Sequence record: OK499981.1
Origin: Klebsiella phage vB_KaeM_Merci
Length of the DNA stretch: 24,000 nucleotides
Strand: one strand, 5' to 3'
The translations under genes and the position numbers were made by a program. The notes under the pieces are model-generated. The model did no database searches. It was not told the origin of the DNA and saw nothing but the letters and a program-made list of their open reading frames with translations. Shown here in pieces: positions 8,967 to 15,372 of this stretch. How positions within the stretch are numbered: position 1 is the first letter of the stretch; each line of letters opens with the position of its first letter.

Positions 8967-9391
8967 TAGTATAAATCCTCTGAGAATAATTCGTTGGCGG
9001 GTCCTGATTTAGGACGAACGGTATTAACTTGACCTGCATGTGTAGCGATGATTAATGCTTCTTCACGTGTAAAGTACTCACCCCACTGGTCAACAAATCC
9101 TTGATTGTCTCCATGGACATGGTCAGAAACCAATTTGTCACGGAACATATCTAGAACGTTCGCCATATCAACAGAATAATGGCGAGTGCCTGGAACTACA
9201 ATTGTTCCACCAGTTTTCAATTCAAAACGATTTGCTGCACAAACGATACGACGTTGAAGTAATCGTCCATCCCACCAATCAGCTACTTTAAAGCAAATTT
9301 CAGGAATACTAACTTCTTCTGGCTCATTAATTAGAGCACCATGACGAGAAGCATCAACAAATTTATTCATTTGTTCGGAAAACTTGCTCAT
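8966..9391 (-). CDS. Hypothetical early protein (141 aa)
   Basis: Open frame. Contains VCAANRFELKTGGTIVVPGTRHYS and FVDQWGEYFTREEALIIATHAGQ, which read like a conserved phage family of unknown function. Confidence 0.75.
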   Translation of the reverse strand: MSKFSEQMNKFVDASRHGALINEPEEVSIPEICFKVADWWDGRLLQRRIVCAANRFELKTGGTIVVPGTRHYSVDMANVLDMFRDKLVSDHVHGDNQGFVDQWGEYFTREEALIIATHAGQVNTVRPKSGPANELFSEDLY

Positions 9392-9729
9392 TTAAAGAAT
9401 CCTTTAATTTTCTGCCATAAACTTTTCTTTTCACGAATACCGATTTGACGAATAACAGGTTCACCCTGCATTTTCTCTAACCACTCCATTGAGTTAACAG
9501 CTTCCGCCATTGGAACAAATTTAGCAAGGGCCTTTTGGTAATTATCTACATCCATGATATGTTTACCATCTGCATTGTAAATAGCATAGCATTTTGCGAA
9601 TTTCTTATCAATGTATCCGATAAAGTGCCCACGGAACCATACATCCCAACAATCAGTTGGGATATTAGCATTCAAGTTAACTTTTTCTACACAACGCTGA
9701 AGTTCATTCAATACTTTAAACTTGTTCAT
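9388..9729 (-). CDS. Hypothetical early protein (113 aa)
   Basis: Open frame directly downstream of motA, basic C-terminus. Confidence 0.65.
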   Translation of the reverse strand: MNKFKVLNELQRCVEKVNLNANIPTDCWDVWFRGHFIGYIDKKFAKCYAIYNADGKHIMDVDNYQKALAKFVPMAEAVNSMEWLEKMQGEPVIRQIGIREKKSLWQKIKGFFK

Positions 9730-10373
9730 TACAGTTCCTTAATAGAGCGGATGATGGTTTCAATGTTTTCAGCAGTACGGGCGATATCTAAGTAAGTATT
9801 GCCTGTTGCAGCTACACGGCAAGACATTCCGAGGTCAGTGAAGTGTTTCTGATGCTCTTCGGAAATCTTGTAACCGAAGATGCGGAAAGTACCTTTATTG
9901 TTAACTTCAAGACTACGAATACCGAAGGTACGTTTTTCCAGAACTGCGATATAGTTACTACGGTAAACAGTAAGTTCTTTCAAAGGTAAGATATCTTCCA
10001 TCTCGCTAAGAATGCTCATCATCAAGTCTTTATGTTCATTCATGTCTTCAGTCAGAGGACGAGCTTTGCGGGTGTTACGTTTTTTCAGAAGTTCGGGTTT
10101 ATTTTCTTCTGCATAGATAACTGCTGCTTTAGAGATGATGTCCTGTGCTTCACCAGTGATGATTAGACCGTCACCAGATTTCTCGATGAGACCTTTCTTA
10201 ATCAGAACACCAATGTTTGAGTTTACAGAACTTGCGTTCATGGTTTCTTCAAGGATTTCACGCAGTTCAGAAGAAGTTATAAAATCTTTTTTAGCTACCT
10301 GAACCAGGATAGCAGCAGTTTTTTCGTTCAGAGCATCTTCAGAAGCTTTGATGATGTAAGTTACTTTAGACAT
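9729..10373 (-). CDS. motA: MotA middle-promoter activator
   Basis: MSKVTYIIKAS.D.LNEKTAA, VNSNIGVLIKKGLIEKSGDGLIITGEAQDIIS and ELLKKRNTRKAR match T4 MotA. Start adjusted from 10400 to ATG 10373 by homology. Confidence 0.95.
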   Translation of the reverse strand: MSKVTYIIKASEDALNEKTAAILVQVAKKDFITSSELREILEETMNASSVNSNIGVLIKKGLIEKSGDGLIITGEAQDIISKAAVIYAEENKPELLKKRNTRKARPLTEDMNEHKDLMMSILSEMEDILPLKELTVYRSNYIAVLEKRTFGIRSLEVNNKGTFRIFGYKISEEHQKHFTDLGMSCRVAATGNTYLDIARTAENIETIIRSIKEL

Positions 10374-10418
10374 TGTGATTCTCCATGATGTTTTATTCAA
10401 TTTGTTTGGTATGAGACT

Positions 10419-10447
10419 ATAATATCATCTGCTAACCAGCTTGTAAA
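10419..10447 (-). promoter_or_regulatory. Early sigma70-like promoter for motA
   Basis: TTTACA - 17 nt - TATTAT on the - strand. Confidence 0.8.
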
Positions 10448-10514
10448 CAACTTTGTGAAAATAATTTGGGGCATTCTAAGGAGGGATTTTGGAGGGATAT
10501 AGATTTATATGGAA

Positions 10515-10539
10515 GGACCTGGAGATGACCTCCAGGTTC
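10515..10539 (-). terminator. Strong hairpin between 52 and motA (possible attenuator/terminator)
   Basis: ACCTGGAG - 5 nt - CTCCAGGT perfect 8-bp stem (10517-10537), extended by two further pairs. No T-run on either side. Confidence 0.45.
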
Positions 10540-10545
10540 CCTAGA

Positions 10546-10617
10546 TTAACTGAGGAGCAATAAAACTAAACCTAATACGGCAATTACAGAACCTATAATT
10601 AAATAAAATTCTATCAT
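10546..10617 (-). CDS. Hydrophobic micropeptide (23 aa): MIEFYLIIGSVIAVLGLVLLLLS
   Basis: ATG overlaps the gene 52 TGA (ATGA). Single predicted TM segment. Not in the supplied ORF list. Confidence 0.45.
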   Translation of the reverse strand: MIEFYLIIGSVIAVLGLVLLLLS

Positions 10618-12002
10618 AGTTCTTCCAGGTCTTTCAGATACTCGGCTTCGGGTGTTGTCTTTTCCCAGTACTTAACCTCTTGGGCAAGACGCTTTGCTTC
10701 CTGAGCAAGTTTCTTCGCTTCATCATCAGTGATGTGATAGATGTTCATTGAAACGAGTTTTTCAGAATAGTCTTTGAATAGTTCATTCTGTTCAATTTCT
10801 TTAGTCAACTGCTTACGAGTTTTACCTTGGATAACGATATTACCTGCGATAACCTCTTTGATAAATTGAGCTTTTGCCTGAGCAAGATTAAACGCCTGTT
10901 TAGTTTCAGCGATTTTATGCTCGATTCGTTTAGCGGTGAATGTCTTACGGACTTCTACAAAATGACGAATCAGCTCACCGGAAGTTTTGAACTTGTCATT
11001 CAGCTTACCATTCTCATCGATGACCACAATGTATTGACTCATTTTCTCAATGAGCTTAAAGTCCTTCATGATTTTAGCATGACGCTGCTCAGGGTCATCG
11101 CTCAAAGCATAGTCTTTACGGAATTTCACCTTAAAGCCAAACCCGGTCTTAGAACAGTCATCATCATATGTGATGTATCCTGCATCTTCCAACGGGTCAA
11201 GTACTTTTTCAACGTAAGAAGCTCGTTCAAACTTGTATGGAATTTCACTGATATAGATTGAGTTCCGTGAAGTTTCTTTATACACGCCGTGCAGCTCAAC
11301 AGAACCGTCTTCTGTTTGAACTATTTTTCCGTTAAATTTAGGAAACTGTACTTCAGGTTCCATCATTTCGCCACGAAGTGCTGCTTTAGTGCATTCCAAA
11401 ACAGATTCAAAACTATGCGGAAGAATAGAAGTTGAATAACCTGTTGCAATACCGCGAACACCATTCAGAAGAACAGTTGGAATTACCGGAAGATAATAAG
11501 CAGGTGGAACATGCTCTTTATCTTTATGCACCGGAGCAATTTCTGTATCTTTGTAGATTTTACGGAAGTTGTCAGAAATCCGGCAGAAAATATAACGACT
11601 TGCCGCAGCAGATTGAACCAGACGCGAACCGAAGTTGCCTTGCCCATCTAACAGAGGATAGTTGTTATTCCATGTGTTTGCCATCAATGCACCAGCATCT
11701 TGAGCAGAGGTTTCACCATGATGATAACCTAAATCAGCTACACCGCCAGCAACAGACGCAAGTTTGTGGAATTTTTCTTTATTACCACGAGCCAAATCAA
11801 GGGCACGAGCAATAACAAAACGCTGTACAGGTTTAAACCCATCAATCAAGTTTGGAATAGCGCGATTTTCTACAGTATAAATCGCGTATTCTTTTGCTTC
11901 ATTATCAATGATAGATTTCAAATCGCGATGACGAAGATTTGATGCCTTAGCCAAATCATCAATAGAACCTGCTTGCTTTAATAGAGTGTCAAAAATATCC
12001 AT
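10614..12002 (-). CDS. 52: DNA topoisomerase II medium subunit (T4 gp52-like)
   Basis: 462 aa. GyrA/ParC-type features (YHHGETSAQDAGALMANTWNNNYPLLDGQGNFGSRLVQSAAASRYIFCRIS). Syntenic position next to motA. Confidence 0.95.
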   Translation of the reverse strand: MDIFDTLLKQAGSIDDLAKASNLRHRDLKSIIDNEAKEYAIYTVENRAIPNLIDGFKPVQRFVIARALDLARGNKEKFHKLASVAGGVADLGYHHGETSAQDAGALMANTWNNNYPLLDGQGNFGSRLVQSAAASRYIFCRISDNFRKIYKDTEIAPVHKDKEHVPPAYYLPVIPTVLLNGVRGIATGYSTSILPHSFESVLECTKAALRGEMMEPEVQFPKFNGKIVQTEDGSVELHGVYKETSRNSIYISEIPYKFERASYVEKVLDPLEDAGYITYDDDCSKTGFGFKVKFRKDYALSDDPEQRHAKIMKDFKLIEKMSQYIVVIDENGKLNDKFKTSGELIRHFVEVRKTFTAKRIEHKIAETKQAFNLAQAKAQFIKEVIAGNIVIQGKTRKQLTKEIEQNELFKDYSEKLVSMNIYHITDDEAKKLAQEAKRLAQEVKYWEKTTPEAEYLKDLEEL

Positions 12003-12007
12003 TGTAC

Positions 12008-12148
12008 CTACCAGATTAGTGAGCCGATTTGTACTATAACATCGGAAATGAAAAGCACAATATAAATCATTCCGTAAATCATTCCATAGTACATAACTAA
12101 TAGAAAGGCGGCAGCAATAGCTGCCACAATTAGGAGTTTCTTAATCAT
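12008..12148 (-). CDS. Small membrane protein (46 aa), possible Ac (acridine resistance) equivalent by position
   Basis: MIKKLLIVAAIAAAFLLVMYYGMIYGMIYIVLFISDVIVQIGSLIW. ATGA overlap with the upstream ORF. Located immediately 5' of 52. Confidence 0.6.
   Translation of the reverse strand: MIKKLLIVAAIAAAFLLVMYYGMIYGMIYIVLFISDVIVQIGSLIW
12033..12057 (-). promoter_or_regulatory. MotA-dependent middle promoter for gene 52
   Basis: MotA-box-like TGCTTTTCA, then TATAGT 12 nt downstream of TGCTTTT. Confidence 0.6.
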
Positions 12149-12318
12149 TTGTAAACTCCTACAATTTTACAAATGCGCTCAAACATAATAAATGCTGCGG
12201 TGAACGCAATACTTCCGATTACTTTAGTGGTAGGCACAAGGCCATACCACATGAATGTTCCTGAGCAAATCATTAGGGCCATCAGAAACAAGTAACCCAT
12301 CACAAAGAAGTTTCTCAT
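12145..12318 (-). CDS. Small membrane protein (57 aa)
   Basis: MRNFFVMGYLFLMALMICSGTFMWYGLVPTTKVIGSIAFTAAFIMFERICKIVGVYK. Start overlaps the ndd end, stop overlaps the next ATG. Confidence 0.6.
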   Translation of the reverse strand: MRNFFVMGYLFLMALMICSGTFMWYGLVPTTKVIGSIAFTAAFIMFERICKIVGVYK

Positions 12319-12773
12319 TAGTATTTCTGCATAGAGAAAACGAAGTTATCATTCAGAATACGATTCAGTTCAGAGTAAGTCTGTGCGTCGCTTGAATGCT
12401 GACGAGTAAACGCAAGTGCAAGTTGACCTTTGCCATAACCGGTGGTCAGCGGTTTCATTTTATTGGCAGGAATCCAGAACACACCATATGTTACACAGTT
12501 TGAACGAAGGGTACGACCCAACTGAGACCGCCCAGAACGGATGTGAGAAAGAACACTCTCAAATCCTGCTTTTGAACGTTGTTTAGCTACAAAGAAACGA
12601 GCAGATGCACCGATATAACCTGCTTTGCCATCATTGAGCATCAGGAAATAAAATCCTTCGCGCTCAGTAATTTCACGAGATGGAGCACCAGCTACCCAAT
12701 CACCGTTACGAATAGAACCGATCAGTTCTGCGCCAGCGTTATCGAGATCAGCAAAAGTCATAATATTACGCAT
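12318..12773 (-). CDS. ndd: Nucleoid disruption protein Ndd
   Basis: SARFFVAKQRSKAGFESVLSHIRSGRSQLGRTL and MKPLTTGYGKGQLALAFTR match T4 Ndd. Confidence 0.93.
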   Translation of the reverse strand: MRNIMTFADLDNAGAELIGSIRNGDWVAGAPSREITEREGFYFLMLNDGKAGYIGASARFFVAKQRSKAGFESVLSHIRSGRSQLGRTLRSNCVTYGVFWIPANKMKPLTTGYGKGQLALAFTRQHSSDAQTYSELNRILNDNFVFSMQKY

Positions 12774-12810
12774 GTTAATTTCCTCAGTTGATTAAAGTTT
12801 ATTCTCCGAT

Positions 12811-12828
12811 AAGGGGCCGAAGCCCCTT
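12811..12828 (-). terminator. UUCG-loop hairpin terminator upstream of ndd
   Basis: AAGGGGC-TTCG-GCCCCTT on the - strand. Confidence 0.7.
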
Positions 12829-12918
12829 CTACTACCAAAAATATACTACTGCCGTTACACCACCAACCCAAAACACAAGAAGACCTAAAGCAAGCAGGAC
12901 GATACACGATGTGTCGTT

Positions 12919-13110
12919 TCATTTTTGACCTTCCCATACGGTTTCTACTAAAGATTTAAGGCCATCAGTTTGAATAATATCAACCGCTTGAATAGCAAAA
13001 TAAATTCCGAACCCGAACACGGCGACAATTCCAAGCGCTACCGCAACGATAAAGGACAGAACAACAGTTCTCATTAAGTTAAAGCGACGATCAAAACTAC
13101 TACGAATCAT
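12919..13110 (-). CDS. Small membrane protein (63 aa)
   Basis: MIRSSFDRRFNLMRTVVLSFIVAVALGIVAVFGFGIYFAIQAVDII... with RBS TGAGGAAAATATA before ATG 13110. Confidence 0.6.
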   Translation of the reverse strand: MIRSSFDRRFNLMRTVVLSFIVAVALGIVAVFGFGIYFAIQAVDIIQTDGLKSLVETVWEGQK

Positions 13111-13120
13111 TATATTTTCC

Positions 13121-13237
13121 TCAGATGAAAGCATTAATCCAGACGTTAACTAAATCCCATGCGAGAACACCAATGAAAGTAACGATAAGGCAGAATACTA
13201 CAAAGATGTTCTTCAAAATCGTAAGTAACTTTTTCAT
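13121..13237 (-). CDS. Small membrane protein (38 aa)
   Basis: MKKLLTILKNIFVVFCLIVTFIGVLAWDLVNVWINAFI, RBS GGAGAACAAA. Not in the supplied ORF list. Confidence 0.6.
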   Translation of the reverse strand: MKKLLTILKNIFVVFCLIVTFIGVLAWDLVNVWINAFI

Positions 13238-13265
13238 TTTGTTCTCCAGTTTAGCTAACAAGATT

Positions 13266-13294
13266 ATAGTATCACCGAAGAACAGGAAAGTAAA
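13266..13294 (-). promoter_or_regulatory. Early sigma70-like promoter
   Basis: TTTACT - 17 nt - TACTAT on the - strand. Confidence 0.7.
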
Positions 13295-13297
13295 CCG

Positions 13298-13537
13298 TTA
13301 AATGCACAAGTTACGAATTTTTTCTTTTAAGGCTTTAACTTTATCTATGTGTTCATCGCGAGCTGCTGCAGCTCCATTGGGATACAATCCACCGTAAGTT
13401 GAATCGCCATTATCGCAAGCAATGATAGTATAATGCCAATTCATAGATTCGAGAATCCTATACTCTTTCAAAAGCTCAGCTTTAATAGAAGCATTTCCGC
13501 GTTTGGCTCGAAGTGATTTTAGCTCTAAGTAACTCAT
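13298..13537 (-). CDS. Hypothetical early protein (79 aa)
   Basis: Open frame between two early promoters, good RBS GGGAGTAAAAC. Confidence 0.7.
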   Translation of the reverse strand: MSYLELKSLRAKRGNASIKAELLKEYRILESMNWHYTIIACDNGDSTYGGLYPNGAAAARDEHIDKVKALKEKIRNLCI

Positions 13538-13566
13538 GTTTTACTCCCGTTCAGTTTGTAAGGCCA

Positions 13567-13595
13567 TAGTATCATGGCCAATCCCGGAAGTAAAC
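13567..13595 (-). promoter_or_regulatory. Early sigma70-like promoter
   Basis: TTTACT - 17 nt - TACTAT on the - strand, with GGCCAT...ATGGCC inverted repeat around the -10. Confidence 0.75.
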
Positions 13596-13601
13596 AACTT
13601 T

Positions 13602-14189
13602 TTAAAATTTGTGCATGATATACCCGCCAGCACCAACTCGTGAAGGTTTTACTACTTCCATGAGGTGTTCGATACCGCCGGCAAACATTGGTGTGTACCG
13701 TATGACATTCTGGGACACTTCTTCGGCAATGAATATAATTATACAGTCTGCAACTTTATGTTTAAACATGGGCCCTAGATTTATTCCACTTCCATCTGGG
13801 AATGGACCGTCTTTACCAGTCGTAACATTAATCCATGGCTTATGATTTGCTCGGTCATGAACAAAGTGTGTTTTAACTTCAACTCTAACACCTTGGTAGT
13901 GTGGATGAGCTAATACGTCCCATGCCCATTCGTATGGATCGTTGTTATTATGGTCAACAACTTGATCGTTCACGTATCCATCGAGAAAATCTGCTACCAC
14001 ATACTCTGCCGGTATAGCAATTCTGCATCGTTTAAGAACGTCAATTCTATCTTGAGATGGATCGATATCTAAGCTATATCTAGCAGTATCAATGATTTTT
14101 ACTTTTGCTTCACCCCTTAGCTTATTCAAATCTAGGGTAAATGTCCGGAGTTGGTTCAATCTCTGCAGGGCTTTGTTCATCAATGCCAT
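13602..14189 (-). CDS. denB: Endonuclease IV-like (DenB)
   Basis: Syntenic position between rIIB and ndd. Nuclease-like VRVEVKTHF (ExK). Likely start at ATG 14189 (RBS AGAGGAATTT) rather than 14273. Confidence 0.65.
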   Translation of the reverse strand: MALMNKALQRLNQLRTFTLDLNKLRGEAKVKIIDTARYSLDIDPSQDRIDVLKRCRIAIPAEYVVADFLDGYVNDQVVDHNNNDPYEWAWDVLAHPHYQGVRVEVKTHFVHDRANHKPWINVTTGKDGPFPDGSGINLGPMFKHKVADCIIIFIAEEVSQNVIRYTPMFAGGIEHLMEVVKPSRVGAGGYIMHKF

Positions 14190-14418
14190 AAATTCCTCTG
14201 ATATGCAATTCACCAAAATAAACACGATCGTCGTGGTTACAAGTGTCTGGTTCCACAACAAAATCATCACCAAGTTCTACAAGTTCATCACAGTGCAACC
14301 AAGCATAGTGAACATCACCTTCATGTTTAACTACATGATGGCAAAACACTGTAGCAGCATGATGAGTACCACGAAGATTAACAACTTTAGAATGAGATAC
14401 GTTAAATGGATTAATCAT
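14122..14418 (-). CDS. Hypothetical protein (98 aa) between rIIB and denB
   Basis: Open frame, 3' end overlaps denB start by 68 nt. Confidence 0.65.
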   Translation of the reverse strand: MINPFNVSHSKVVNLRGTHHAATVFCHHVVKHEGDVHYAWLHCDELVELGDDFVVEPDTCNHDDRVYFGELHIRGIYGIDEQSPAEIEPTPDIYPRFE

Positions 14419-14437
14419 GTTTCACCCATAATAAAAG

Positions 14438-14455
14438 AGGAGCCCGAAGGCTCCT
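14438..14455 (-). terminator. Rho-independent terminator after rIIB
   Basis: AGGAGCC-TTCG-GGCTCCT followed by CTTTTATTAT on the - strand. Confidence 0.85.
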
Positions 14456-14460
14456 TGTAA

Positions 14461-15372
14461 TTAGCGAAGTTCTGAACCCCAACGATCGGTTACATCTTCA
14501 AGTACTACATAACCACATGTACGCATTTTAGCATCGTTATAATCAACCGGGATAGATACTACATCACGCGGATGAACTTTAACTGAAACGATACGATCGG
14601 AACCACTACCGAAGTGACCGATGTAAGATTTAGAGCAGACATGCAGACCTGCTGAACAAGTACGCTGATCATCTTCATCTACCTGGTTACGCGGCATTGT
14701 AACAGTTTTACCTGGAGAGTTGTCAAACGTGTTTGAAGCACAGTCCATATAAGTGGAACGAACTACTTTCCAACCAATGAAGTGACCATCATCAGTGATG
14801 TCGATATCGTTTGCATTCAGGAAATCAAACAGACGATAAACTGCACGACGAGATGGGTTCAGCATCAGGTTTTCCAGGAAAGGCAGATAACGTTTAAAGT
14901 CTTCGCCATCTTCCATAGCTCGAACGATACGCTCAGTCAGACCAGATTTCAGCTCGATATCTTTATAGAATAAAGTACCATCTTCAATTCGGACGTTACC
15001 CTGAACGAATTTCTTGATGCCTTGTTCCAGGTTAATGTGGTCAATAGCACCAGCGATATCACCATCTACAAGTTTCTGCAATGCAGATTTAAACCCGGGA
15101 TGTTGGCTATCAGCGTTATAAGTAGTACGGCCTTCAGTAATTGAAATGAATTTGGAACTTGCTGCCCATTTAAATTCACGCTCAACAGGAGCTTCTACTT
15201 TAGCAGGAACAGCTGCCGCCGCAGCTCGAGCTTCACGCTCTTTAAACACACGCCGAATAGTGTCACGGGAAACACCATAATTCTCGGCGAGCTCTTTCTT
15301 AGTGTACAGACCGTTTTTGAAGTTTTTAACGATTGCATCTTTTTGGATTTCAGACAGACAGGTAACAGCCAT
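14461..15372 (-). CDS. rIIB: rIIB lysis inhibition/exclusion protein
   Basis: 303 aa. FLENL, VYRLFDFLNANDI, SNTFDNSPGK, GLHVCSKSYIGHFGS and KVHPRDVVSIPVDYNDAKMRTC match T4 rIIB. Confidence 0.96.
   Translation of the reverse strand: MAVTCLSEIQKDAIVKNFKNGLYTKKELAENYGVSRDTIRRVFKEREARAAAAAVPAKVEAPVEREFKWAASSKFISITEGRTTYNADSQHPGFKSALQKLVDGDIAGAIDHINLEQGIKKFVQGNVRIEDGTLFYKDIELKSGLTERIVRAMEDGEDFKRYLPFLENLMLNPSRRAVYRLFDFLNANDIDITDDGHFIGWKVVRSTYMDCASNTFDNSPGKTVTMPRNQVDEDDQRTCSAGLHVCSKSYIGHFGSGSDRIVSVKVHPRDVVSIPVDYNDAKMRTCGYVVLEDVTDRWGSELR

Noticed and set aside
12061-12068. TATAAATC on the + strand as a late promoter
   Set aside because: Imperfect match, inside a - strand gene, with no + strand gene downstream. 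The similar sequence near 17852 was rejected for the same reason.
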